64,000 bases of DNA from an uncultured Gammaproteobacteria bacterium (GCA_963714975.1 CAVQQD010000002.1:160001-224000), one strand, 5' to 3'. Counted from the first letter of the stretch, positions 21,359 through 32,033 are shown. Numbers and translations are program-made. The notes: generated by a model from the sequence alone, not told the origin.

Positions 21359-23857
21359 TTATCTTTGCCATAAAATAAGTGCTGATTCGAGTGGCACAGC
21401 AACTCCTGGAAAATAAGGTATGATTCGAGGGGTGAAGCTGGATGCTGGATATGTAGCTGGAATCTCTACACGATAAATATATCCATTTAGAGCGTCAAGA
21501 ATTTGTTTCTCATATTTCATTTCTTTGGTTATGGCTGCTGAATAAAGCTCTACTTTTATGGCTTGACGGACTAAATTATTACAATAAACTTGGACCTCAA
21601 ATGAATTCTGGTCTTTACCAGTGTCAATTTTTAATTCACCAAATCTTAATGTTTCCCAATTTTGCTCAAGTGAGCGTTGCCAATCAATTATCTGTTTTGC
21701 TAATGCACCATTATTTTCTGTACGTTGTTGATAAGCCAGTGCTGCTGGAAGATAGAATTTTTCTGTATATTCACATACCACCCGATTGGAGGAAAAATAA
21801 GGTGTCAATCGTGACATACTTTCTCGGATCTTGGTTATCCAGGCAGTGGGGATATTGTTCGCATCTCGGGTGTAAAATTCTGGAATTATTTCTTGTTCTA
21901 ACAAATCGTAAAGCGTGCTTGCCTCTGATTTATCCCAGGCAGGATCATCGCCATGCTCTTTATAATCCCCTAATGCCCACCCCGCCTCAGGCGTATATGC
22001 CTCTGCCCACCAACCATCTAACTCTGAGAGATTCAATCCACCATTGACAAGCACTTTCATCCCGCTCGTTCCACTTGCCTCCCAAGGTCTTCGCGGGGTA
22101 TTAATCCATACATCAACTCCCTGAACGAGGTATTCTGTCAAAATCACGTCATAATCACTAAGGAAGATTATGTGTGGACGTACTTCAGGCCTCCTGATAA
22201 ATTCTATCCATTTTTTAAGTAAGAAGTGCCCTTCCATATCTGCTGGAGGGGCCTTCCCTGCGATGATTAATTGCACAGGACGTTCTTTGTTTGCCAGTAT
22301 GCGAAGTAGGCGATCCTCATCGGTAAGAAGCAAATCTGGTCTTTTGTATGCTACAAAACGACGGGCAAACCCTAAAGTTAAAGTATCTGGATTTAGAAAA
22401 GTTTTGGCCGTTTCAATTACCTCGGCAGATTCTCCTCTGGCTTCCCACTGCCTGGCTAAGCGAGCACGAGAATAATCGATCAGGTAAGCTCGTGACTGAT
22501 TGCGCATTTGCCAAATTTCTGCGTCGGGTACAACGCGGATTTTCTTCTCTAATTCTTCTGTTTTTCCGAGCCATCGTCCTTTTCCACAAGCTTTTGTCCA
22601 AAGCTGGTCAGATACAACAGAATCCCAACTTGGCATATGAACTCCATTAGTCACTGATCCAACTGGAATTTCTTCTTCAGGCCAACGAGAGAATAAAGCT
22701 TCAAACAGATGTCGACTTACGGCACCGTGTAATTGGCTAACACCATTGATAGCTCCGCTTCCTCGGATAGCCAAATAAGCCATGTTGAAATCGTCATATG
22801 GATTTAATTGTCCTAGGGCAAGTAGTTTCTCAATTGATATGTCTAGTTTGGTTTGTGCGTAGTTGCCTAAGTATTTGGTAATGAGGTCAGGAGCAAAACG
22901 ATCAAACCCGGCGGTCACTGCTGTATGGGTTGTAAACAGATTACCTTTTCGAGTGGCTGCTAAAGCCACTTCAAATGGTTGTTTGGTTTTTTGCATAAAA
23001 CTTAAAGCACGTTCCAATACCACAAAAGCGGCGTGTCCTTCGTTCAGATGACAAATTTCGGGCTGTATGCCAAGGGCTTCTAGGAGTCGCCATCCACCGA
23101 TGCCTAGTACCAATTCCTGTTTTAAGCGCAGTTCTTGATCACCCCCGTAGAGTTCGCTGGTTATTCCTCTATGTGCAGGGAAATTGGCTATATCATTGCT
23201 GTCTAATAAATAAAGCTTTACTCTTCCTACTTTCACTTCCCAAGTGCGAAGCCAAAGCGACCAACCAGGCAGTTCAATTCTCAGGCGAAGCCACTCTCCA
23301 CTCGGTTTACGCAAGGGTTTAATGGGCAATTGCCCCGGATCGTTGTATGGGTAAAGCTCTTGTTGATCTCCATTCTTGTTAATGAATTGTCGGAAATAGC
23401 CTTGGCTATAAAGCAGCCCAATGGCAATAATAGGTAACCCAAGATCGCTTGCCGTTTTGAGCTGATCACCAGCTACATTGCCTAGACCACCTGAATAAAT
23501 GGGAAGTGCTTCGCTCAACATGAATTCCATACTGAAATAAGCAATAGAAGTAAGAGGTGATTTAGCGTGGTTCTTCTGAAACCAAGTTTGTGAACTTAGC
23601 TCAAGTTTCTTCGTTTCTAGGAGGTCCTGGAGGAGATCGCAAAATTTTGGATCTGCTAGGAGCGTTGTGAATTTTTTTCTGGATGCGGTTTGTAACATAG
23701 CCCAAGGGTTATGCGTCGACGCCCATAGTTCAGGGTCAAGCTGGCGCCATATCGCGTCAGCACTGTGATTCCAAGACCAACGCAAGTTTAGAGCTAGGTT
23801 CTTCAGAGCATCATATTCCTTCAGATCAGCCTTTTGGGCTATATCACGTGGATGCAT
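21359..23857 (-). CDS. glgP: Alpha-glucan (glycogen/maltodextrin) phosphorylase
   Basis: YSGGLG, HLNEGH and the PLP-lysine motif EASGTSGMK. Confidence 0.96.
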   Translation of the reverse strand: MHPRDIAQKADLKEYDALKNLALNLRWSWNHSADAIWRQLDPELWASTHNPWAMLQTASRKKFTTLLADPKFCDLLQDLLETKKLELSSQTWFQKNHAKSPLTSIAYFSMEFMLSEALPIYSGGLGNVAGDQLKTASDLGLPIIAIGLLYSQGYFRQFINKNGDQQELYPYNDPGQLPIKPLRKPSGEWLRLRIELPGWSLWLRTWEVKVGRVKLYLLDSNDIANFPAHRGITSELYGGDQELRLKQELVLGIGGWRLLEALGIQPEICHLNEGHAAFVVLERALSFMQKTKQPFEVALAATRKGNLFTTHTAVTAGFDRFAPDLITKYLGNYAQTKLDISIEKLLALGQLNPYDDFNMAYLAIRGSGAINGVSQLHGAVSRHLFEALFSRWPEEEIPVGSVTNGVHMPSWDSVVSDQLWTKACGKGRWLGKTEELEKKIRVVPDAEIWQMRNQSRAYLIDYSRARLARQWEARGESAEVIETAKTFLNPDTLTLGFARRFVAYKRPDLLLTDEDRLLRILANKERPVQLIIAGKAPPADMEGHFLLKKWIEFIRRPEVRPHIIFLSDYDVILTEYLVQGVDVWINTPRRPWEASGTSGMKVLVNGGLNLSELDGWWAEAYTPEAGWALGDYKEHGDDPAWDKSEASTLYDLLEQEIIPEFYTRDANNIPTAWITKIRESMSRLTPYFSSNRVVCEYTEKFYLPAALAYQQRTENNGALAKQIIDWQRSLEQNWETLRFGELKIDTGKDQNSFEVQVYCNNLVRQAIKVELYSAAITKEMKYEKQILDALNGYIYRVEIPATYPASSFTPRIIPYFPGVAVPLESALILWQR

Positions 23858-23963
23858 TTTTTTATCCTTGAGTGTAATTCACTGGAACCAGAGATTATCT
23901 AAACTATAATTGCTTAATGAAGAAATACAAGTCATTGATGCTAAAAAAGCCAATGCGAGGATT

Positions 23964-24584
23964 ATGATGAAGATCACCACATTGTTTGTGGATATAGGTG
24001 GGGTTTTATTAACCAATGGCTGGGGGAAGGAATCCAGGAAATTAGCTGCTAAAAAATTTAATTTAGATCTCGATGAGATAGAAGGGCGACATAATTTAAC
24101 TTTCGATACCTATGAATTAGGCAAACTTAATTTAAAAGAATACCTACATCGAGTAGTATTTTATCAGAAACGTTCTTTTACCCAGGATGAATTCCAAGAA
24201 TTTATGTTTGCTCAGTCCAAGCCCTATCCTCAGATGATTGAGTTAATTTGTCGCCTCAAAGCTCAGTATGGACTGAAAATTGCCATAGTTAACAATGAAG
24301 CATACGAACTCAATGCACACCGAATTAAAGAATTTAAGTTGAGAAGTTTTGTAGATTTTTTTATTTCTTCCTGCTTCGTGCATCTGCGCAAGCCGGACGC
24401 TGACATTTTTCGTATAGCGCTGAATATCGCCCAAACCCCAACTCGTGAAGTACTTTATATTGAAAATACACCTATGTTTGTCACCGTTGCGGAAGATTTA
24501 GGAATTAAAAGTATCCATCATACTAGCTTTCAGTCGACCCGGCAGAAATTGGCTCAATTTGGATTGAGCGTTAAACCTGAGTAG
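23964..24584 (+). CDS. HAD-superfamily phosphatase
   Basis: DIGGV motif I and RKPD motif. Confidence 0.9.
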   Translation: MMKITTLFVDIGGVLLTNGWGKESRKLAAKKFNLDLDEIEGRHNLTFDTYELGKLNLKEYLHRVVFYQKRSFTQDEFQEFMFAQSKPYPQMIELICRLKAQYGLKIAIVNNEAYELNAHRIKEFKLRSFVDFFISSCFVHLRKPDADIFRIALNIAQTPTREVLYIENTPMFVTVAEDLGIKSIHHTSFQSTRQKLAQFGLSVKPE

Positions 24585-24614
24585 TTACCATAATCTTAAA
24601 TATGGAGAGGACAA

Positions 24615-25724
24615 ATGCAATTGAACTCTTTGAAAAAACTAGAAGCGCTGGGTCAGTCAATCTGGCTGGATTTTATCAACCGAGATTTGATAACAAGCGG
24701 TAAACTTGCACAACTCATTGAGAAAGATGGCCTACGAGGGATTACATCCAACCCTTCAATTTTTGAAAAAGCCGTTGCAGAAAGCCACGATTATGACAAA
24801 GATATCAAAACAATGACAAGCGAAGGTAAAGATATTAATACAATTTATGAAGCACTCACGCAACAAGATATCCAAGATGCTGCAGATAAATTTCGTGATC
24901 TTTATCACAGGACTCATGGCAAAGATGGTTATGTTAGCTTAGAAGTGAATCCACATCTTGCCCACGATACAAAAGCTACCATTGCAGAGGCGCGACGGTT
25001 ATGGAAGGCGCTTAACCGTTCAAATGTTTTGATCAAAGTTCCAGGGACGAAAGAAGGGCTTCCTGCCATTACACAACTGATTAGTGAAGGAATCAATGTC
25101 AATGTAACGCTATTGTTTGGTGTTCCACGTTATCAAGAAGTGTCTGAGGCATATATGAAAGGCTTAGAAATGCGCGTTGCGAAGGGAGAGTCAATTAAAC
25201 AAGTAGCTTCTGTAGCCAGTTTTTTCTTAAGCCGTATTGATGTGCTAGTGGATCCTATACTGGAAAAAATCATTGCCCAAGGTGGGGAACAATCTGCCCT
25301 GGCAAAAAAAATACAAGGGCAGGTTGCCATCGCTTCAGCAAAAATTGCTTATGAAACTTACAAAAAAGTAATTAGCCAGGAACGTTTTCAAAAATTAATT
25401 GAAAAAGGCGCACAGAAACAACGATTGTTATGGGCTAGTACAAGTACAAAAAATCCAGCATATAGCGATGTAAAATACGTGGAAGCGCTTATTGGCGTAG
25501 ATACTGTTAACACTGTTCCTATGGAAACTTTAGATGCCTACCGTAATCATGGCAATCCAAAACTTGAATTAGAACTAAATGTCATCGAAGCTGATTGGAT
25601 TTTTCAGCAATTACCGACAATGGGCATCAACTTGCAGCAGATAACACAGCAGCTTGAAGACGAAGGTGTGGATAAATTTATTCAATCTTTTGGCCAGCTG
25701 ATAAAGGCTTTGAAAAAGTTTTAA
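24615..25724 (+). CDS. tal: Transaldolase (long type)
   Basis: GITSNPSIF, VSLEV, IKVP, NVTLLF and LLWAST motifs. Confidence 0.96.
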   Translation: MQLNSLKKLEALGQSIWLDFINRDLITSGKLAQLIEKDGLRGITSNPSIFEKAVAESHDYDKDIKTMTSEGKDINTIYEALTQQDIQDAADKFRDLYHRTHGKDGYVSLEVNPHLAHDTKATIAEARRLWKALNRSNVLIKVPGTKEGLPAITQLISEGINVNVTLLFGVPRYQEVSEAYMKGLEMRVAKGESIKQVASVASFFLSRIDVLVDPILEKIIAQGGEQSALAKKIQGQVAIASAKIAYETYKKVISQERFQKLIEKGAQKQRLLWASTSTKNPAYSDVKYVEALIGVDTVNTVPMETLDAYRNHGNPKLELELNVIEADWIFQQLPTMGINLQQITQQLEDEGVDKFIQSFGQLIKALKKF

Positions 25725-25754
25725 ATGACCCTCTATTAATCCAATCCAGACCCC

Positions 25755-25840
25755 CTCCTCCGCCAGCCTGTCCTGATCCCTGAGCTTGTCGAAGGGGGAC
25801 ATCTTCTCTCACAGAAAATCGTTGTGGGAGAACGGATCAA
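25755..25840. repeat. Composite palindrome: reverse family A (long loop) with a nested CCTGAGCTTGTCGAAGG motif
   Basis: Seen directly in sequence. Confidence 0.6.
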
Positions 25841-25918
25841 TAAAAAATCTTATTCATTGCATAACTGAAAAGTAGATGTTTACAATAGACGCTATTTCGA
25901 TCTCTTTAAAGGATTATC

Positions 25919-26572
25919 ATGTGGATTGTTCGAATCGCGCTAGCGCGGCCTTATACATTTATTGTGCTGGCCATTTTGCTGTTGATTATCGGTCCGCTGG
26001 CCATTATTCGTACTCCCACTGACATCTTTCCTAATATAAATATTCCAGTAGTTAGCGTGGTGTGGAGCTACACTGGCATGCCACCTAAAGATATGGGGCA
26101 GCTCATTACAGCCCCTTTTGAGCGTGCGCTTACCACGACTGTATTGGCGTTAACACGTTCTCGTCATAAAAATGGCGCTGTGCCTGGTTCCGATGTAGAT
26201 GAGGCGGAGTCTCAACTTGAAAATGCTAAAACTTTGGCTGCAGATATACGCATCAAAAGGGCACAAATGGAGCATGCTATCGCCGTGTTAATTGGCTTGC
26301 CGCCAGCCGATTTCTCAATTGCTCCAGCCAAGACAAAAATGCAAAATGTGTTGATATATACCCATCTTCCTTCCACATTATTACAACGCCGACCTGATAT
26401 TGCTGCTGCTGAAAAGCGTGTTCAGGCAGCCAATGCACAAATATGTGTCGCTCGGGCCGCATTCTTTCCTGTATTTGATCTTGTTGCGGAAATTGGCTTT
26501 CAAAGTAATAAATTATCTAACCTTTTTTCCAATATTGATAAAAGCATTAGGGGGTGGGTGGGCAGAAATTAA
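25919..26572 (+). pseudogene. In-frame chimera of an RND permease N-terminus and an internal outer-membrane-factor fragment
   Basis: First ~75 aa AcrB-like (DIFPNINIPVVSV); remainder OMF-like (LLQRRPDIAAAE..A..A.I.VARAAFFP). Confidence 0.8.
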
Positions 26573-26721
26573 TGACAATGATCGACATGCACATGACTTA
26601 CCGTCTTGAGTAGGAGCAATGGGACTGATTTTGCTATTCCGGCCTGGCCCCATTTAACTTTTTAATTTGGCCCCACCTAGGTCAAAACTCCGTTATGATA
26701 ATGATTACCAAATTGGTGAGC

Positions 26722-27250
26722 TCAAAGGGGGGTGAATTGAGTTTCGGCCAAATAAAAAACATGATATTGATGTGGATTTAGCGTATGAATGATGTGGCGT
26801 AAAGCGGGTGTCTTTCCGACGCCAGGTTCGCCTGTTAATACACCAATACCCGGCATCTTCATGGATTGCATCACATATTCTTTGAGTTGAACGAAGGCTT
26901 CATCCATCCATAGCGATGCGCTTGACCCGGTGAAGAAACAAATCATCAAAGCGTTCTGCCCAATGGCCTAAGGAGCGGATATGCACCAAATCCTGTCGCC
27001 ATCGTGCCAAGGGTGTCTGCCCGTCCAAACCCTCGTGTGGTCGTTGATGATAAACCTGTTCAATCCATGCCCATAGCCGACTATTTCATTCCGCTCGCTC
27101 TGCAAAATTATCTATCCGGAATGAGATAGTATGAGCTGCCAATTCATTGAATAGTTTTTTGAGTTCCCCGCGCGCAAAATGCTCACGGCTGGCCAGTGGA
27201 CCCAAAACAGATAGCCGAAACAAGGCAACGGGATGCAGTGGTTTTGTCAT
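26722..27250 (-). mobile_element. Internally deleted remnant of a DDE integrase/transposase plus ExeA-like AAA ATPase element
   Basis: Pieces MTKPLHPVALFRLSVLGPLASR, YHQRPHEGLDGQTP and Walker A GEPGVGKT. Confidence 0.7.
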
Positions 27251-27622
27251 ATGTTTCCTCCGAAAGTTAAAAATTTAAGGGAAACGTATTGAATCATAAC
27301 CGTTGGTTCTACCCGGATGGTCAAACTGTGTGGGTTACTGGATTTCCTCTAATTTTCCTGTCTAGGCTAGTCGCTGACTATTCCTTTATTGATTCCGATC
27401 AATGTGCTGAAAAACAAGGGTGGAGGTATAAGAAAGCAGGTGGTTCAGCTCATGCCTGGGGAAGATTAAGAGGAACGTGAAATGACTACCAGAAAATATC
27501 GGCATTTTTCTTTGTTAAAGAAAATTGAGAATCTTGTGCGACTTAGTCGAGAATTTAACTTATGAAGCGGTCGCGCCATCACAAGGATGAATGCGATCCT
27601 CTCTTAAATAGGGGTAGTATGA

Positions 27623-28423
27623 ATGGGTAATGAGAAATATATTTTACACGTGGGTGATAAAACCAGTGATCGATTAAAATTACTGAATCAAATATATAAT
27701 TCATTTAGTCTTGACTGGTTAAAAAAACACGGTCTAAGGTCAGGAATGACGATTCTGGATATTGGTTGTGGATTTGGCATTATGACTTGTAAATTAGCCG
27801 AGTTGGTAGGTAGCAGTGGCTATGTGGTTGGCATTGATAATAGTGCTGAGCAATTAGAAATGGCTCACAAAAAAGCTACTGAAAAAAAATTAAAAATATC
27901 AAATTTATAAAATTATCCGTTTATGATTTAGAATGTCTTGATCAAAAATTTGATTTGATATGGGGCCGTTTTATTTTGTCTCATCTCACTGAGCCTGATA
28001 AAGTAATTTCGAAAGTTTATCAGCAGCTATATCCAGAAGGAATTTTTTTGTTCTGATGAAACTTTTACGCCTCTTTTTAGCTACCCAGAGCACATTTTAT
28101 TTGATCAATTTGCTCGTGCGGTAAGTCATTTATTCGAAGCTCAATGGAAAAATTTTAATTTAGGGATGTATGTTCCTGCAAAGTTAAAAGCAGTTGGTTT
28201 TAATAATATTACTACAAAAAGCAGTTTTCCTATTTTATCTTCTGCATCGGAAAAAGTTTTTTTGTCCCAATCTATTATTGAGTTTAAATCTGCCATCTTA
28301 GAAACAAAAACGTTAACTGAAACCGAATATGAATGCATGTTGAATTGGTTTAATGCCGCAGTGGCTAATGAAAATTGATATTTTTCTGCTCCAGGCATAA
28401 TGCAAACATCGGGCTGCAAATAA
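27623..28423 (+). CDS. Class I SAM-dependent methyltransferase, broken by frameshifts (real or assembly error)
   Basis: ILDIGCGFG, VVGID and KFDLIWGRFILSHL across successive frames. Confidence 0.8.
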
Positions 28424-28604
28424 AAAGGCTTGACTGAGTAAACTTAGTCATGAGTTTCCATATTGTATATTTTTTTCATAATAATCTCAGTTAGCTTTTA
28501 AAGCATCAACGGATAGCGCCTGAGTTGTTGCCGATTTGCCGGAATTTTTTAATTCACGCAAAAAATTACTCTGATTCTTAGAAAGCTTACAATCATCTTT
28601 GGAT

Positions 28605-30154
28605 CAATGGCACTACCTTAAGGAGCAAAGATGAATATAAGCCTATGATTTAGATGAAAAAAGATGAAATCAGTTTCCAAATTTAATATTATTGTTGTAG
28701 CAAACACACAATAATAAAAAAAGGAAACTGATCTGTGAATTTTAAAAAGAAAAATAAAATTAAGCAAGTTAAAAATAAAAGACAAGAATTGGCTGATGGT
28801 GCACCAGACATTTTCCTGTTAAACCTATTGAATTCAGAAAAATGTCAGAAGATACTTAGAGAGTGCCGGGAATATCGTGACCGGATATATAGCCCCACCA
28901 AAACCTTATTTACGTTTATTAAACAAGTTTTAAATCCAGATAAATCCTGCAAAAAAGCGGTTGCTGGTGTTGTTGTGGAGCAGCTGCATAGTAAAAAAAA
29001 GAAGCAGAATAAAATAAGCTCAAATACTGGCCCCTATTGTAAGGCCAGAAAGCGATTGCCTGAAGATACTGTGAAGGCATTAGTTAAAGAATCTGGAGCT
29101 TTCCCTTTGAAATCTATTCCAATGAGATGGAAAGTCTATGGCCGAGAATTAAAAGCATTTGATGGATTTACCGTCAAAATGTCGGATACAAAAGCTAATC
29201 AAAAAAAATTTCCTCAGCATGGTAATCAGAAAAAAGGGGCTGGATTTCCTATGGCGCGAATAGTAGCCGTTATGTCACTGACGCGGGGAACCGTAATAGA
29301 TTATGCAATAGGGGCTCACAAAGGAAAGGGCACAGGAGAAATCTCATTATTAAGAGAAATTATAAACTGCATTAAAGCCGACGATATTGTGCTGGGTGAC
29401 CGTTATTACCCCAATTTTTTTCTTATGGCGGACTTAAAAAAAATAGGAGCTGATGGTGTTTTTCGCGGACAAAGTCAAAGGAATTATGATTTTAGAATGG
29501 GACAAAAATTGGGTAAAAATGATCACATTGTCAACTGGGAGAAACCACAGAAACCGGAATGGATGACACAAAAGCAATATGAGGCATACCCCGATCAAAT
29601 TTCCATACGGGAATTTAAAGTATCAGGCCACATATACGTTACAACATTTTTAGACAAAAAATACCACAAAGCAGAGCTTGCCCAAATATATAAGCGAAGG
29701 TGGGAGGTGGAGCTTAATTTGCGAAGTATTAAAAGTATCATGAATATGGATATGTTATCGTGCAAAACACCAGAAATGGTTAGAAAAGAAATAGGAATTC
29801 ATTTATTAGCATATAATTTTATCAGAATAATTATAGCAAAAGCTTGTTATGAGTATGGCGTTAATCCATGGGAAATAAGCTTTAAGGGAAGTGTGCAGCT
29901 ACTAAATGAATTTATTCCTTATTTTATAAGCTCAAATCAGGTGAGCAACCATAAAATGTATATTGAGATGTTAAAATTAATTGTGCAAAACAAAGTTGGA
30001 AATAGACCAGATAGGGTGGAGCCCAGGCTAGTCAAGCAAAGACCGAAACCATTTCCAGCCTTGAAGAGAAACAGAGCAATCGAAAAAGAAAAATTGCTAC
30101 GTAAAATAAATAAAAGGATTTTAAAATATTCTGTGGCTTAAGGTAGTGCCATTG
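28605..30154 (+). mobile_element. Intact IS4-family insertion sequence
   Basis: 18 bp TIR CAATGGCACTACCTTAAG; 10 bp target duplication ATCTTTGGAT at 28595-28604 and 30155-30164. Confidence 0.95.
28735..30141 (+). CDS. IS4-family DDE transposase
   Basis: AFDG, LGDRYY and the YREK-type motif YKRRWEVELNLRSIK. Confidence 0.95.
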   Translation: MNFKKKNKIKQVKNKRQELADGAPDIFLLNLLNSEKCQKILRECREYRDRIYSPTKTLFTFIKQVLNPDKSCKKAVAGVVVEQLHSKKKKQNKISSNTGPYCKARKRLPEDTVKALVKESGAFPLKSIPMRWKVYGRELKAFDGFTVKMSDTKANQKKFPQHGNQKKGAGFPMARIVAVMSLTRGTVIDYAIGAHKGKGTGEISLLREIINCIKADDIVLGDRYYPNFFLMADLKKIGADGVFRGQSQRNYDFRMGQKLGKNDHIVNWEKPQKPEWMTQKQYEAYPDQISIREFKVSGHIYVTTFLDKKYHKAELAQIYKRRWEVELNLRSIKSIMNMDMLSCKTPEMVRKEIGIHLLAYNFIRIIIAKACYEYGVNPWEISFKGSVQLLNEFIPYFISSNQVSNHKMYIEMLKLIVQNKVGNRPDRVEPRLVKQRPKPFPALKRNRAIEKEKLLRKINKRILKYSVA

Positions 30155-30250
30155 ATCTTTGGATTCATTCATTAAATGTGTCTCACAATTTTGACATTTA
30201 AGCAGTATACAACATAAAGATTAAGTGAAACTTAACACGTCAGGACAGGT

Positions 30251-30347
30251 GAATTAATTTCTCTGCAGTGGGCAAAAATTGAGATCTAAACGTGCCCGAT
30301 TGCGTGCCCGTGCCCGCACGTTTAGATTCCCTGCAGAGGATTAATTA
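30251..30347. repeat. Imperfect palindrome with internal CGTGCCCG repeats
   Basis: CTCTGCAG..ATCTAAACGTGC / GCACGTTTAGAT..CTGCAGAG. Confidence 0.7.
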
Positions 30348-30540
30348 GGGCTCTATGAAGTTTTGAGTGGGTAAATATGAAATTGGCTCTAGGTGGATAA
30401 GCAGATATGTCATTCCCGCAAAGGCGGGAACCTATAATACTCTCCAATTTCTAGACCACTGAGAAAGACATAAAAAGTTGTTAAAATTGTCTATTTTGGA
30501 GGTTTGAAATGAGTAAAAAGACTCAAAACAACATAGAGCC
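30348..30540. mobile_element. MITE (ISL3-like ends, inferred) carrying a GTCATTCCCGCAAAGGCGGGAA palindrome
   Basis: TIR GGCTCTATGAAGTTTTGAGT / ACTCAAAACAACATAGAGCC; ATTAATTA duplicated on both sides. Confidence 0.85.
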
Positions 30541-30662
30541 ATTAATTATTTGTCGTAAACCAGATGATATTCCGGCATTCAATGCGGCGATGATTTTATT
30601 TTAAACACAAAGATACGACAAAAATTGGTGGTTTCCCACAATCCTTGTCGTATTTCTGGAAT

Positions 30663-30839
30663 TTACCGGGCAGAAGGTTTCTTTCTAACCAAATGAATAA
30701 TTAAACTTGCTATAAATAATACTAAAAAGATATAAAATAATATTTGTGCTATCCCTATTGCAGCAGAAAAAATACCAGTAAATCCTAATATTCCTGCGAT
30801 AATGGCAATAATGAGAAATGTAATAACCCAAGTTAACAT
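30663..30839 (-). CDS. Small membrane protein, DUF1328/UPF0391 (YtjA-like), 58 aa; below the ORF-track cutoff
   Basis: [46 protein letters not shown]...; GGAGGAG RBS. Confidence 0.9.
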   Translation of the reverse strand: MLTWVITFLIIAIIAGILGFTGIFSAAIGIAQILFYIFLVLFIASLIIHLVRKKPSAR

Positions 30840-30995
30840 AATCTCCTCCTTTTAAAGTTTTTAGAAGCTAGTCAAAGTATAGGCAAAAAATGAAGAAATA
30901 AAATAATTGTTTTTAATTTCGAGTTTTTTCATACTAAGTTTTGCAAAATGTAAGCAAATCGGTGTTTGCTTGATCTCACGATTTATTTATTCCTT

Positions 30996-32033
30996 TCATT
31001 GACGAATCTCTAATAAATCATCCAGAAAACTAGTTATCGCTGCTTTGGGAGTTGCCCAAGAAGTAACTAACCTAATACAGGATTTTTCGTTATTGTATTT
31101 TGCCCATACATAGAAGCCATAGATTGTTTCTAATTTTTTAAGCACAGAATTGGGAAGAATAGGAAACACTTGATTGGTGGTAGAATCAGAGAAGAGTTCA
31201 TAACCTTGCTTTTTGATTCCTTCTGTTAAATAAGCTGCCATTTTATTAGCATGTTCAGCTAATTTGTAATATAAATTATTTTTAAATAATGCTAAAAACT
31301 GGGCGCCTAAAACTCTACCTTTAGCTAATAAAGCACCTTTTTGTTTAAGAAAATATCTAAAATTTTCTTGTAAAAGAGTATTGTTAATCACGATAGCTTC
31401 GCCTAACAAAGCACCGTTTTTGGTGCCACCAATATAAAAAATATCCACTAATTCAGCCAGCTCTGCTAGGGTTAGATCATTATTATTGGCAGTAAGCGCT
31501 GATGCCAAACGAGCGCCGTCTAAGTAAAGATAGAGATTTCGTTGCTTACATACAGCTGAAATATCTTGAAGTTCTTTTTTCGAATATATTGTGCCAATTT
31601 CGGTTGCATTAGAAATGAAAACTACTCTGGGCTTAACCATGTGTTCATCAGAATGCTCATCACATACCGCTTGAATCTGTGCGGGAGTAATCTTTCCATC
31701 AGTACTGGATACAGGATTAATTTTATGCCCAGTTGCTTCTATCGCACCTGTTTCATGGATTAGAATATGGGCAGTATTCACAGCAATTACTGACTCGTAG
31801 GGCTTCATTATTGCGGATAAACTTATTAAATTAGCTTGGGTGCCTCCTGTAACAAAATGCACCTCAGCATTAACATTAACTATTTCCTTCTTTATCAGGT
31901 TAGCGGCTTGTTTGGTTAGAGAGTCTTCGCCGTAACCTGCTTCTTGAAGCAGATTACTTTCGTGTAACGCATCAAGAACGCTTTGGTGCGCGCCTTCGGA
32001 ATAGTCATTAAAAAAACTATATTTATATTTCAA
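30996..32033 (-). CDS. Low-specificity L-threonine aldolase (beta-eliminating lyase family)
   Basis: FFNDYSEG, GGTQAN, HETGA, LDGARL and the PLP lysine in GGTKNG. Confidence 0.92.
   Translation of the reverse strand: MKYKYSFFNDYSEGAHQSVLDALHESNLLQEAGYGEDSLTKQAANLIKKEIVNVNAEVHFVTGGTQANLISLSAIMKPYESVIAVNTAHILIHETGAIEATGHKINPVSSTDGKITPAQIQAVCDEHSDEHMVKPRVVFISNATEIGTIYSKKELQDISAVCKQRNLYLYLDGARLASALTANNNDLTLAELAELVDIFYIGGTKNGALLGEAIVINNTLLQENFRYFLKQKGALLAKGRVLGAQFLALFKNNLYYKLAEHANKMAAYLTEGIKKQGYELFSDSTTNQVFPILPNSVLKKLETIYGFYVWAKYNNEKSCIRLVTSWATPKAAITSFLDDLLEIRQ

Noticed and set aside
27289-27480. 63 aa plus-strand ORF beside the transposon remnant
   Set aside because: No motif, weak TTG start; probably non-coding element end.
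28487-30172. ~41 aa minus-strand ORF (MNESKDDCK...) reconstructed by removing the IS4
   Set aside because: Too short, with no RBS or recognisable motif; cannot be supported as the disrupted target gene.
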